Shown: positions 38,545 to 54,295, counted from the stretch's first letter. The stretch: 64,000 nt of DNA from Eledone cirrhosa (GCA_964016885.1 OZ024749.1:53196001-53260000), one strand, 5' to 3'. The notes: generated by a model from the letters alone, not told the origin. Translations and numbers: made by a program.

Positions 38545-40806
38545 TATATCGGAAAGTGTTGGTGTGTTTGGCAATTTTTTAATGATACCGTATCTGTAGG
38601 TCGTTGAGTTTAGGTTTAGGTGGGGAAGGTGTGTGGATGAGGAGGGTGGGGCGGCAGTTTAAAAGACACTATTTTGAATAAATTAATGAGTGCAGTGTGA
38701 CATTTGTTTGTTATACGTGTGTGTTTAAAGAGATTTATGTCAAAAAATTCCCAATCTGGAAAACATGAAAATAATAGAGTGAGATTTTATAATTTGGTGT
38801 AGCGTGAAGTAGATGGTGTCACACCAAGTTGATTTTTCAGAGGTTTGAGAGAATGATATTCGTTAGTAATTCTATGGCAAGTTTAGCTTTCTTATTGGAG
38901 CTCTCGTTTCATATCTTAAAACATGTCAACTGATTATATTCCATGTTCATTTAACCAATTTTATCGTTTGGGGGTGAAAATAAAATAAAATAAAATAAAA
39001 TAATATAGCGTCAATAAATAAATAAATGAATAAAATATAAGGGTGATTCAATGGAAAAATATCACACACACATACAAGCACGCTCACATTCACACACACT
39101 CACACAAATACAAGCACGTTCACACTCACGTACACGCACACACAAACAAGCACGTTCACACTCACACACACAAGTACAAGCATGATGGAAGGAAGGGAGG
39201 GAACTCTCCACTGGAAACAGTTGGATCATACTTCCGTTTCCTTGTACAACATTAAAAATTATATCCTCTCTACCATTCTTCTAGAAAACGACCAATATAT
39301 ATATATATATGTTAAAACAATGAAATAAAAAAGCAAGTCATTAGAGATATACTTCACTGCTTTACGATCGTTTCTAGATGATGATAATACATTGTAGCTA
39401 TATATATATATATATATATAAAACCTTAGAAAACTAGAAAACATTTACGGAACATCATTAAGCCGCCATTGATAACAAAATTCATATAGAAGGTTCTTAA
39501 CTAATGATTGTCAGGTTCTTGGTAAACACATACTGTCTTACATCTCTCTCTCTTTCTCTCTCTCCCCCGTCTCTCTCTCTCTCTCTCTCTCTCTCAGAAA
39601 ATCAGTTACCTAAGCTGAACAGACGAGAGAAAATGTTACTTTATTAGCCACCTTCTAGCGGGCAGTTTCACATTAACATGAGATTACATTTGTAACACTA
39701 GTTTAAACTACAAATTGAAGAACCGCTCTGTCGAGTGTAATAATAATAATAACAATAACAACAATAATAATTTCATTTATTGGTCACAGGGACCGACATT
39801 AATAATAAAAAAAAACTTTAAAATAATTCTCTGTCCAACTGACTCTGTGACTTCTCTTCTTGAAGATACTGTTCACTAATTGTTTACCATAGTTGTTTAC
39901 CTGTTCAATTATTCCCCATTTAGGTGTTCACCGTTTAGTTGTTCATCAAGGTTTATTCATAAGTTTGTTGTTCTCAATTGAGCTGTTCACCGCCCAGTTG
40001 TTCACTATTAAGTTGTTCACCGTTCAATTGTTCCTTATTTAGATGTTCACCTTAAGTTGTTTATCAAGGTTTGTTCACAATTTGGATGTTCTCTATTGGG
40101 CTGTTTACCGATAAGCTAGTTGTTCACTATTAAGTTGTTCAGGATGTAGTTGTTCACGGTTTAATTGTTCCTTATTGGGTTGTTCACCGATAAGCTAGTT
40201 GTTCACCAAGGTTTGTTCACAATTGTGTGGTTCTCTATTGAGTTGTTCATTAAAGTTTGTTCACAATTTTGTTGTTCACCATTGAGTTGTTCATCGTTAA
40301 GTTTTGTTCACTATATATGTGTTCACTTCCATCTTTATAAATAATTCTTTTTTATTTGTATTTTATTTGTATTTTATTTTATATTATTTTATATTATTTT
40401 TATCTTTATCTTTTCCCAACTCGTTAATATTTGCCCAAATCTCTCATAGCAATACTTGGCACGTTTCTCACAAGATTTGTAGCTTCCAGGAATTGATTGC
40501 CTAGCAACTAAATAATATTGATGGCCATCATGTTTTGTCGCCATGAAAATTGGTTACGATCAAATTCTTTACATGGGAAAATATCACTTTTCAACATGTA
40601 TCACACTCACGTGGACGGCAATAAACAATAAAATAATAGAAAAAGATACTCGGTTCACTTTACAACTGAAAGAAAATCACGTAAAGATTCTGGAATTGAA
40701 ATACATCTTCCTTAGTGTCTTGGAATAAACATGGATTTATTGCAGTTCAATTGATGCGTCAACCATTCTCTCACAACACTCTTAATGTCAATAGTTATAC
40801 AATAGT

Positions 40807-42172
<1,366 letters not shown>

Positions 42173-42253
42173 ATTGCCAGTACAAGTTCTCTTTTAATAT
42201 AGTGAAAACTAAAAATCTGTCCTGTTTCATTCAAAAGAAATCATAAGGAAAGC

Positions 42254-42298
42254 CTGATGGTTTCTTTTGAATGAAACAGTTCTATTCCTGTAGAAGCC
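42254..42298 (+). ncRNA. Hammerhead motif with mutated core, within a foldback
   Basis: CUGAUGG UUUC UUUU GAAU GAAA CAG..CUG UA/GAAGCC, preceded by an inverted copy of itself at ~42222-42248. Confidence 0.5.
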
Positions 42299-42310
42299 AT
42301 TTCTATATTA

Positions 42311-42357
<47 letters not shown>

Positions 42358-42369
42358 GTATACACACAG

Positions 42370-42420
<51 letters not shown>

Positions 42421-42458
42421 TACGTATACACACAGACACACATATATATATATTTGTG

Positions 42459-42490
<32 letters not shown>

Positions 42491-42574
42491 TACGTATACA
42501 CACAGACACATACATATGTATATATATATATATATAATTATTTCCCTCCTTTTTTCATCCTGGTTAATATTTCA

Positions 42575-42790
42575 GAACAACTAATGGACCGAGGAAACAA
42601 TGTTTCCGCTGGTCTTTCCATTTGCTAATACTCTCTATCGGTCACAACTCCAGGTAGAAGGAGCAACTTGAGATAAAGTGTCTTGCTCAAGGACATAGGA
42701 CATAACACATCGCGCGGTCCAGGAATCGAACTTACAACCTCACGATTGCGAATTCAATTCTATTACCACTCGGCCAGGCGCCTTCACACT
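42575..42790 (-). mobile_element. tRNA-derived SINE (family B-like)
   Basis: Minus strand has TGGCCGAGTGGTAA (A box), GTTCGATTCC (B box) and GTCCTTGAGCAAGACACTT. Confidence 0.8.
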
Positions 42791-43197
42791 TGCTAGAAAT
42801 AGCAATTAAATCCAACTCAATTCAATTCAGTCCAATTACCGTCTTTAAAAAAACCCAGACTCCCTGGTTACTGTAGGGGTTTTAGGTGTAATGTGCTGGC
42901 ATGTTTTGATTATAAGTCTGCTCAGAGATCAAAGCTGATGTTTGCTTCTACAAGATCAAACAATATCCTCATCCTTTGAAATCTATATTAAAATCTAGGC
43001 CTTGCCATCCGTGCCGACTCCGTCGTCGTGTTAATGAAGCAAGTTAAAACAGCAGAAAGGAGAAATTAATGGATGACAATCACGGAATTTTTTATTTCAG
43101 ATTTCTTTTAGAAGATTTCTAGATTTTAATGTCAGGTAATTGGTGTTAAGTACTGCCTTTATTATCACACTGACTTTCATATGGGTAGAGTTTTTCT

Positions 43198-43274
<77 letters not shown>

Positions 43275-43277
<3 letters not shown>

Positions 43278-43684
43278 CAACCTTTCTCTCCGGCTAACAA
43301 CTGATTCTTTTTTTCAAATACCACTTTGGAAGAAGAATCAGGATGGAGAGAGAGGTGCTGTACCCCAGCAAGTTTTATGAAAGGTGGGTGAAAGTGGCGA
43401 GAATGGCCCGAGTGAATGGGCCTTCTCTCTATATCAGTCTGTAGGTTGAGGAAAAGGAGGAGGAGAGGAAAGGAGTACAAGCTCTTCGTACTCCTGAAGA
43501 TGAGGGTTGCACATTTTTTTCGGGGGTATGTGTTACCCATATAAACTGTCTCCCTCTATTGGGGAAAATCGACTAACTTTTAAATTCCATCTGTGATAAC
43601 ATTTTACACGTTTTTATTGTATGTAAACTTCCCCCTTTGTATTTGTCCCCTTCTTTTGTGCCCCTGTGGCTAATAAAGAAATAT
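43275..43684 (+). mobile_element. Tx1/L1-like LINE 3' end, copy 1
   Basis: Encodes LILFFKYHFGRRIRMEREVLYPSKFYERWVKVARMARVNGPSL. 3' UTR ends CTGTGGCTAATAAAGAAATA. Confidence 0.6.
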
Positions 43685-43689
43685 ATCTA

Positions 43690-44076
43690 TCTACAACTCA
43701 TTCCCTTCTTTAGGTACCACTTTAGAAGGAGAATCAGGGTGGAGAGAGAGGCACTGCACCCCAGTAAATTTACTGAAAGGTGGGTGAATGTAGCAAAAAT
43801 GGCCCCTGTGATTGGGCCTTCTCTGTATATAAACCTGTAGGTTGAAGAAGAGAGCAAAGGGAAGAAAGGAGCACTTGCACAACACGCTCCTGAAGTTGAG
43901 GGTTGTTCTATCTACGGGGTATTAAACAACCCATTTGTGCCCCCCCCCCCCTATTGGGATTTCCATTGTTATATTTGTTTGTTTCATATTTTTACACGAT
44001 TGTATGTAAAATCCCGGGCATGTGTCCTTGTTTTGTCCCCTTTTCTTGTGCGCCCCTGTGGCTAATAAAGAAATAT
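43690..44076 (+). mobile_element. Tx1/L1-like LINE 3' end, copy 2 (diverged)
   Basis: Encodes LIPFFRYHFRRRIRVEREALHPSKFTERWVNVAKMAPVIGPSL, with the same 3' terminus. Confidence 0.6.
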
Positions 44077-44825
44077 ATTTATTTATCTAGTCTATCACCC
44101 TCCCTTCCTCTCTGCCTACACCGCCATGTTTTTATGTGCCCACTTACTAATCTTAGTTGTGTAAAGTTACGTAAAGCGGGAGTCTAAATTTATTATACAC
44201 TCATGTATCGATGCCAGCTTATCCGGATGAACATATAGCTTGATTGATTGACGGATAAATTGATTGGCTGAAGAATTCAATTTAAATTGACGCCACAACG
44301 GCAGTTCTAATCTATTTACTCCACAATATCTATCGTCTGCTCAGCAGAAAAGCATTTGTGGGAAAATATCATTTATCTTTTAATGAGATTCAATATATTA
44401 AATCCTATCTAAAAATGTTTGTAACTCTCGCGCCAAGCTACACAACAGTCGTCTGATAAGTTACATCTAAATATTTCTGATCAGATAATCTTTATTACAT
44501 GCAGTAAACTGCAAGGGATTGTTGTTACGAAGCCAAGTACAAACCAGACAAATGTTTTTAATTGGATCTTTAAATTCACTTTGTTTCATTTCAAATAGCC
44601 GTTGTTGTTGTTGCTGTTGTTGTTGTTGTTGTTCTTTTTCTTTTTCTTCTTCTTCACAATCAGACTGTTTCTATATTTCTCACATTTACTCTATATTTTT
44701 TCTCTATCCTCTAGCACTCTTACAATATGTCATTATGTCGGTCTCTCTCTCTCTCTCTCTCTCTCCTTTCTCAGTCTTTTTTCTTCGACTCGCTTTTCTC
44801 TTTAATTCTTTCTTTTCTATTTCAC

Positions 44826-44873
<48 letters not shown>

Positions 44874-44985
44874 AAATGTGTTAGATCCTTGGTACAGTTA
44901 GGTTTATTTGAAAAAAAGGACTTCACTCGTGGTTCTAAATAATTTGATTTAATTTTATAATATATTATTATGAGTTGGTTGATCT

Positions 44986-45099
<114 letters not shown>

Positions 45100-45425
45100 G
45101 CCGTCTTTTTCTCTGAACACATACACGCAGACACACACACACGTGTATGTATGTATGTATACAAAGTGATTTTGTAATTATATATGCTATATATAACTTG
45201 TATTTACTAATGCACGGGTGAATGGGCCATTGTTTTATGAACAGAATAAATAATTCTGTTTCATCTTGTTTCGTTATAAATATATATTATATATATATAT
45301 ATATACCGTAAGGGTGTATATGAAAACATATACGATATATTTATGTATAATAAACATAGCAGAGTCTCGTTATGAATTTGTTTTTAAAGTTGTGATCATG
45401 TCACAGTTATCTCAGTAGCAGTGAG

Positions 45426-45478
45426 AATGCCAGATAGCTCTTGATATTTCTGGATGTTTACCCATCATCAGTGACATT
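45426..45478 (-). ncRNA. Type I hammerhead ribozyme
   Basis: AAUGUCA CUGAUGA UGGG UAAACA UCCA GAAA UA..UA UC/UGGCAUU. 7-bp stem I with one G-U pair. The downstream sequence runs ~120 bp into (TA)n. Confidence 0.78.
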
Positions 45479-45696
45479 TACTCACTCGCTACTAAGACAA
45501 AATACGTTAAAACCCCACCAAATGTGTGGGTGTTATGGTTGAGGGCCGAAACAGCCAATGAATGTTGGACACCGTCTGATGACATCAACACCTCCAGGCC
45601 AAGGCTATGTCCACCGACGTTAAATGAATATAAGGCATCTTCTTGAAGAGATAATTGTGTCTTTTTCAACTAAACCAGATAATAGATACATAATAA

Positions 45697-45879
45697 TTGT
45701 TTTCTACGTTTGGCACAAGGCCAGCAATTATCCCAGCGTATGACTGGTACTTTATTTTATCGACCCCGTAAAGATGAAAGGCAAAGTTAACCTCGGCGGG
45801 ATTTGAACTCAGACCATAAAGGGCCGTAACTCTATGCTGCAAAGCATGGCGTCTGACCCTCTACCGATACTGCCAATCC
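45697..45879 (-). mobile_element. SINE family A, full length
   Basis: Head, core and tail all present. Confidence 0.9.
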
Positions 45880-47191
45880 TAATAAACTAATATATTTAAG
45901 TATTTTTTTTTTATCAAAGATAAAAACAGACATTTTATAGAAATTAAACTCAAAGTTAACTTTAAAAAGCCATTGATAATTACATAAATATAAAAAAGAA
46001 AGATTAAAACAAAATTAAGTAATGAGGAAAAAAGGGGAAGTAAAGAAGGGTTTATCTTGTTGATTGGGAAAGTAGAGGAAAGGACTATAAATGCCATAAA
46101 TGAGAAGAAAAGGGAGGGAAAAAGCAAGAACTCATGGGCCATAGAAGAAAAGGAGGGAAAGTGCTCTGGGCCGACGGGGTGGTTTTGGGCCTGGGCCCCG
46201 CGGACAAAACTGTAAAGGCAAATAATTAATATCTGATAATGATACAAAAAAAATATTGAATATATATTTTTCATTGTTGTTTTTATTTATTTATTTATTT
46301 AATTTTATTTTATCAATTTTCACCAAATTCTACTTGGGAAGGTCGCCAAGGGTGAGAAATACGACCGCAATCATCGCCTTTACCGAGTCTTGTAAACAAC
46401 TTGGAATGAAAGAACTCACTAAAAATAGACCAAACGCCGATACAGAAGGGAAAATACTATCTTGGAAGACTCTTTTACAATCTCTCTCTCTCTCTCACTC
46501 TCTGTGTTTCTGTCTTATTTTTCTTACTATCTCTCTCTTCCTTTTTTTCTCTCTATCCCTTTCTTACTTTCTCTCTTTCTTTCTTACTATCCCTCTCTCT
46601 GTCTTGCTTCCTTACTCCCTCTCTCTCTTTCTCTTTTTTACTCTCTCTTCCTTTTTTCCCTCTATCCCTTTCTTACTCCCCCTCTCTCTCTTTCTTACTC
46701 TCCCTCTCTCTGTCTTACTTCCTTACTCCCTCTCTCTCTTTCTCTTTTTTACTCTCTCTTCCTTTTTTCCCTTTATCCCTTTCTTACTCTCCCTCTCTCT
46801 CTTTCTTACTCTCCCTCTCTCTGTCTTACTTCCTTACTCCCTCTCTCTTTCTCTTTTTTACTCTCTCTTCCTTTTTTCTCTCTATCCCTTTTTTACCCCC
46901 CCCCCCCCCGTGATAGAACATATTTACAAAGAAGAAAGATTTACTGATGCACACACTGGAACACATACATACACACATACATACACACCCATACATACTA
47001 ACCCATACACACCCATACATACTAACCCATACATACATATATATATATATAAATATAAAGACTCACACACACAGATAGATATTAATGAAATATTTTCAAG
47101 ACAGACGTCAAGAAGACATTTTAATGCAAATATCAATATATATATATATCAATATATATCAATATATATATATATATATATCAATATATAT

Positions 47192-47259
<68 letters not shown>

Positions 47260-47565
47260 AGGACAGACAGCACAATAACAAAGAAACGGCGCCATAACTT
47301 CAGCTTAACTTTAGAATAAATAAAATAACTTGCAACAGAGACATGATGAAAAATGGAGATAAGGAAAGAAATGTGTCCCATAAATTAAGGAAATGAAACA
47401 GACCCCTGTGAAGGGTTTTAGGGATGCAGAGAACACTCATTTGCATACTCACTCATAACTTTATATTACCCTCAATAAATGTACTATCTCCACAATCCTG
47501 AAGCTCCAACCGTTAAGGTCGTCTTTTTTCCAGGTATGTCAATACTTATTTATAAAACAAATCTG

Positions 47566-47631
47566 TATTTTATCTGATGAAAGCGCACCATAATTTGCCT
47601 TGGTTGCCCTTGAAATATATATAATAAAATA
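47566..47631 (+). ncRNA. Type I hammerhead ribozyme (same family as 19481)
   Basis: UAUUUUAU CUGAUGA AAG.GCACCA..UGGUUGC.CUU GAAA UAUAUA UA/AUAAAAUA. Confidence 0.8.
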
Positions 47632-47693
47632 AATATGGTTTTATAAATATAGTTTCTATTTATTAATATATTGTGTATATTTGAACTCAGACT

Positions 47694-47824
47694 GTTACGT
47701 CCCTTTATAGTCTGAGTTCAAATCCGCCGAGGTTAACTTTGCCTTTCATCCTTACGGGGTCGATAAAATAAAGTACCAGTAATGTACTGGTAATTGCTGG
47801 CCTTGTGCCTAAAGTAGAAACAAT
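47694..47824 (+). mobile_element. SINE family A, 5'-truncated
   Basis: Matches core and tail. Confidence 0.85.
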
Positions 47825-47825
47825 T

Positions 47826-47870
47826 AATATAATATATATATATTATATATAATATATATATATATAATAT

Positions 47871-47902
<32 letters not shown>

Positions 47903-48232
47903 ATATATATATATATATAATATATAATATATATATATATATAATATATATATATATAATAAATATATATATATATAATATATATATATATAATAAATAT
48001 ATATATATATAATATATATATAATAAATATATATATATATAATATATAATATATATATATAATATATATATATAATAAATATATATATATATAATAAATA
48101 TATATATAATATATAAAAATAATAAATATATATATATATAATAAATATATATATATATATAATAAATATATATATATATATAATAAATATATATATATAT
48201 ATAATAAATATATATATATATATAATAAATAT

Positions 48233-48263
<31 letters not shown>

Positions 48264-48906
48264 ATAAATATATATATATATATAATAAATATATATATAT
48301 ATATAATAAATATATATATAATATATAATAAATATATATATATATATAATATATAATAAATATATATATATATATATAATAAATATATATATATATATAA
48401 TATATAATATATATATATAATATATAATAAATATATATATATATATAATATATAATATATATATATATATATATAATATATAATATATATATATAATATA
48501 TAATAAATATATATATATATAATATATAATAAATATATATATATATAATATATAATAAATATATATATATATATATAATATATAATAAATATATATATAT
48601 ATATATATAATATATAATAAATATATATATATATATATAATATATAATAAATATATATATATATAATATATAATAAATATATATATATATATATAATATA
48701 TAATAAATATATATATTTATTATATATTATATATATATATAATATATATATAATATATATAATAAATATATATAATATATATAATATATATAATATATAT
48801 ATATAATATATATAATATATATATATAATATATAATATATATAATATATAATAAATATATATATTATATATAATAAATATATATATAATATATATAATAT
48901 ATATAT
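47826..48906. repeat. ~1.08-kb pure A/T low-complexity tract
   Basis: Direct inspection. Confidence 0.97.
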
Positions 48907-49221
48907 CGTTTCTATTTTGCTTATTGACTTTACAATCACTCACTTTATCAATATTGTTGTTGTTGTCCTAGTAGTGGTAGATGTAGCAATAGCAGTATAT
49001 GTAGCAGTAGTAGTAGTAGCAATAGCAGTATCATTAGTAGCAGTAGTAGTAGTAACAGTAGTGGTAGATGTAGTAGTGGTGGTAGTAGTAGTATATGTAG
49101 TAGTGGTGGTAGTAGTAGTATCTGTAGTAGTAATAGTAGTTGTATCAGATGTGTATATGTTACAGCTACTGCTACACTTGTTGCTGTCTTTATTACAACT
49201 ACTGTGTCTCTGTGTGTGGGT

Positions 49222-50925
49222 GTTATGGACACCACAGCTGTGCAGTTGCATTGTAATGCTGTCCTTACATTATTACTGTTGTTACTGCTGCTGTTGTTGT
49301 TGTTATGGACACCACAGATGTGCAGTTGCATTGTAATGCTGTCCTTACATTATTACTGTTGTTACTGCTGCTGTTGTTGTTGTTATGGACACCACAGATG
49401 TGCAGTTGCATTGTAATGCTGTCCTGACATTATTTCTGTTGTTGCTGCTGTTACTGCTGCTGTTGTTGTTGTTATGGACACCACAAGATGTGCAGTTGCA
49501 TTGTAATGCTGTCCTGACATTATTACTGTTGCTGCTGTTGTTGTTACTGCTGCTGTTGTTGTTGTTATGGACACCACAGATGTGCAGTTGCATTGTAATG
49601 CTGTCCTTACATTATTACTGTTGTTGCTGCTGTTACTGCTGCTGTTGTTGTTGTTATGGACACCACAGATGTGCAGTTGCATTGTAATGCTGTCCTTACA
49701 TTATTACTGTTGTTGCTGCTGTTACTGCTGCTGTTGTTGTTGTTATGGACACCACAGATGTGCAGTTGCATTGTAATGCTGTCCTTACATTATTACTGTT
49801 GCTGCTGTTGTTGTTACTGCTGCTGTTGTTGTTGTTATGGACACCACAGATGTGCAGTTGCATTGTAATGCTGTCCTTACATTATTACTGTTGTTGCTGC
49901 TGTTACTGCTGCTGTTGTTGTTGTTATGGACACCACAGATGTGCAGTTGCATTGTAATGCTGTCCTTACATTATTACTGTTGTTGCTGCTGTTACTGCTG
50001 CTGTTGTTGTTGTTATGGACACCACAGATGTGCAGTTGCATTGTAATGCTGTCCTTACATTATTACTGTTGTTGCTGTTGTTACTGCTGCTGTTGTTGTT
50101 ATGGACACCACAGATGTGCAGTTGCATTGTAATGCTGTCCTTACATTATTACTGTTGCTGCTGTTGTTGTTACTGCTGCTGTTGTTGTTGTTATGGACAC
50201 CACAGATGTGCAGTTGCATTGTAATGCTGTCCTTACATTATTACTGTTGTTGCTGCTGTTACTGCTGCTGTTGTTGTTGTTATGGACACCACAGATGTGC
50301 AGTTGCATTGTAATGCTGTCCTTACATTATTACTGTTGTTGCTGCTGTTACTGCTGCTGTTGTTGTTGTTATGGACACCACAGATGTGCAGTTGCATTGT
50401 AATGCTGTCCTTACATTATTACTGTTGTTGCTGTTGTTACTGCTGCTGTTGTTGTTATGGACACCACAGATGTGCAGTTGCATTGTAATGCTGTCCTTAC
50501 ATTATTACTGTTGTTGCTGTTGTTACTGCTGCTGTTGTTGTTGTTATGGACACCACAGATGTGCAGTTGCATTGTAATGCTGTCCTTACATTATTACTGT
50601 TGTTGCTGTTGTTACTGCTGCTGTTGTTGTTATGGACACCACAGATGTGCAGTTGCATTGTAATGCTGTCCTTACATTATTACTGTTGTTGCTGTTGTTA
50701 CTGCTGCTGTTGTTGTTGTTATGGACACCACAGATGTGCAGTTGCATTGTAATGTTGCTGTTGTTACTATTGTTGTTGCTCATGTTGTTGATGTTATGGC
50801 TACTACAGATGTGCAGTTGCTATTAAATGCCGTCGTTACTTTACTACTGCTGTTGCTACTGTTTTTGTTGTTGTTGCTGTTGCTGGTGTTGTTGTTGTTG
50901 CTATGGACACCATAGCTGTGCAATA
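49222..50925. repeat. Composite satellite: ~53-bp constant core plus variable (TGT/TGC)n, ~18 units of 80-93 bp
   Basis: Core TATGGACACCACAGATGTGCAGTTGCATTGTAATGCTGTCCTTACATTATTAC. Confidence 0.95.
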
Positions 50926-51329
50926 TCTCATAAATACCATCATTACTTTACTGTTGTTGTCGTTGATGTTACTGATGTTGCTGCAGATGTTGTCGTTGTT
51001 GCTGCTGATGTTGCCGATATTGTTGCAGATGTTGTTGTTGCTGCTGCTGCTGAATTGTTGCAGATGTTGTGCAATTGCTCTTAAATACTGTCATTACTTT
51101 ACTGCTGTTGCCACTACTACTGTCGCTGCTGTTATTGTTGTTGTCGTTGTTTAGCTCTACTTCAGCCAGGATCAATCAGAACTACGATAAAATACCATTC
51201 CAGCTGTGACCATCCCTTATGTCATATTATTCGTCACGTGGTATTTTAAAGACCCCCCCCCCATCATGTCGACCAAACATGTAAAGACACTCTCGATGGT
51301 TCAGGGTTATTTATTGGTATTTGTAAAAG

Positions 51330-51880
51330 TGGTGGATTGTCAGTGATCGGTAGAGCACCGGCCAGACATGGTTTGCGGCATAGAGTTATGTACCTTTCCG
51401 TTCTGAATTCAAATCCCGCCTTTCACTCTTACGGGGGGTGGGGGTGGAAGGGGTCGATAAAATAAAGTACCAGTAATGTACTGGAGTCGATTTAATCGAC
51501 TCTCCTCTCCTCCAAAATTGCTGGCCTTGTGCCTAAATCAAAAGCCATTACTTTTTAGGGTAGTGGCTTGGCAATAATTGGTAGAGTGTCAGACAACATG
51601 CTCTGTGGCATAGTTACGTCCCTTTATGTTCATCGTAAAAATAATAAAAAACCCTCCACTTTAAATATTTATGTTTATATAAAAACCTTTCATCAACATT
51701 TTTTAAATAGAAATTTTTATTAAGCAATGTTCCAAAACATTAGCTTTCTTATGGATGGGCAGTATCGGTAGAGGGCTCGACGCCATGCTTTGCGTCCCTT
51801 TGCATTCTGAGTTCAAATCCCATCGAGGGTATTTGTAAAAGTGGTGGATTGTCAGTGATCAGTAATCGACTCTCCTCCAC
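51330..51880 (+). mobile_element. Cluster of SINE family A copies and head fragments
   Basis: One near-complete copy at 51330-51550 and heads at ~51565 and ~51757. GTATTTGTAAAAGTGGTGGATTGTCAGTGATC is duplicated at ~51318 and ~51829. Confidence 0.75.
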
Positions 51881-53298
51881 CTATAACCCCCCCCCCCCCC
51901 CCACACACACACACACACCTCCACCACTACCACCGCCAACACCACCATCGCCACCACCACCAACACTACAACCACCACCACCACCGCCACCATCAACACT
52001 ACCACAACCACCACCACCGATACTACCACCACCACTACCACATCACTACCACCACCACACCTACCCCCCCAGCACTACTACCGCCAGCACTACCACCGCA
52101 AACACACCCCAGCACTACCACCACCACCGCCATCATCAACACTACCACCATCACCACAACCACCACCACCACCAATACTACCACCACCACTACCACCATC
52201 ACTACCACCACCACCAGCACCACATCCACCACCACCACCAACACTTAGTAGTTGTTGTTTTTTCCTTAGTTGTTGTTGTTATTATTGTTGTGTTGTGTTT
52301 TTTTTCCTTAGTAGTAGTAGTAGTAGTAGTTGTTGTTTTCCTGTTGTTGCTCCTGTTAGCGTCATTCTCAGTAATAAGATATAATCAGACCATTTTAATG
52401 CTGTGTTAAAAGGAATGATTGCCGGTTATGGAGAAAGCGTGCCTGTCAAATTACATCCATCAAATCTATTTTGGTGGAGATAGAAACGACTTCTTGGAGA
52501 AATCGGAATAAAGACTTAGAATACTCGTAAAGACTAAGGATATGCCAATGACTGTCATGAGATGGCTAGAGGCTCAAATGGACTTAAAACCTCCATTTGA
52601 TATTGATTTGATATCGATTTGACTTGACCAGATTTTTATTTTTTTCTAAATAATTCTCAATACTGATAGATTTTTTGGGGGGTTTTAAACATTTTTTGTT
52701 GTTGATGAGATTAAATCTTTCCGAAATACAAGTAAATAAGGAATTATAATACTTCTTTTATTTTTATTTTTAATCGGAAATTCGGACATACATAACATAA
52801 CATAAGTATAAGATTAGCTTGGGGGTAGACGAAAGGGTTGGGAAATTTGGTTGTATCCAGAGGCGTAACTAGGATCTGGCAAGCATGGCACGCTCCATGG
52901 GTGCCACTTGGACTAGGAGCAGGTTCTATTAAAGTCAAATAAGCCTCGTCAGAGAGTGAAAAAGAAACTCCTTCAGATGTATGACCTGTCTCTATCATGG
53001 CTGAGAAACACTATGGTGGCTGGATCATTAAACCATTTATATAAATTATTAGACCCATAGGTAAACATACAGTGCTGGGTAGGGGGCACAATTTCACTGC
53101 TTGCCATAGGGGCTATTTTCCCTCGTTATGCCTCTGGTTGTATGCTGGAGGTAGACGAAAGTGTTGAGAAATTTGGAGATATGGTTAGTCGTATGCTGAA
53201 GGTCAGTGAGTGTCTTTGAGAAATTTCGATAAATTTTCGTATGCTGGAGGTAGACGAGAATATTGACATGTGGAGTAAAGATAACGAAAATGTTCATA

Positions 53299-53299
<1 letters not shown>

Positions 53300-53331
<32 letters not shown>

Positions 53332-53630
53332 CATTATTATTATTATTATTATTATTTCATTTATCTTGCTTTATGTTCATAGGAGTTATCACCAAGTCAC
53401 AACCAGTGACCCCAAGAGACAACAAGGTCCGCCATGTTCAAGAAAAAACACATGCACACATACATGTATCTTTAGGTGTTTAGACCTGTGATGTATTTAT
53501 ATTGACGGAATCTTCCTTAGTATATGGGCAGTTCCCATTAGTACTATCTTTTGTATTACTTCTATACGCGGGTTTCCTGGGATTAGGTATCATTCCTAGA
53601 GCGCCTACAACCACTGATATTATTTTAGTC
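53300..53630 (-). mobile_element. R4/NeSL-like RLE non-LTR element 3' end
   Basis: Encodes ISVVVGALGMIP, then in a shifted frame IQKIVLMGTAHILRKILS*. A 3' UTR and (TAA)n tail follow. Confidence 0.7.
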
Positions 53631-54233
53631 CTTCGTCTTCGTCTTCTTTGCCTTCTTCTCATCATCATCATCATCATCATCATCATTTTTTAAATGTTAT
53701 TTTTAGAATCGTGATGTTTCAAACAAAGCCTCTCCCCAGGGAACACAACATGTGAACTGATCACAACTTCACGATACATTTATTGACAGACACGATTAAA
53801 CAAATAGAAAAAAAAAGAGTTTGTTTTTCTTTTTAAATAAGAATTAAGGTAATAGGAAACCGTGATGTTCGTGCCTTTCCCTACACATTTAAATAACATT
53901 TCTTAGATTCTATTAATGTCACATTTCTGTCTGGAGAACTTACCATCTTTAGATTTCAATATACTTTAAAAACAGGTTCCATGTAGCTTCTACATGATCG
54001 CTCGACATGTAGAAAATATCTGACAAATATCTCCTTAATTGCACACTTTCCATATTCCCCCCATCTCTCTCTCTCTCTCTCTCTCTCTCTAATTTAATTA
54101 TATTATAAGGTATATATTTTTGAAGTTCTGGTTAACTTTATTTAGTTACCTACCTAGCTATGTGTGCTTACACACTTGTAAAAATTATCTCCTGTGATTA
54201 TTCATGTTTATTTATATGTTAATCAATTTCTAG

Positions 54234-54295
<62 letters not shown>

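Noticed and set aside
49222-50925. CRISPR array
   Set aside because: Linkers are microsatellite length variants, not unique spacers. No cas genes, eukaryotic context.
52744-52998. 84-aa non-repetitive ORF
   Set aside because: No recognisable domain. It overlaps a CAGAGGCGTAACTAGG motif resembling a DNA-transposon end.
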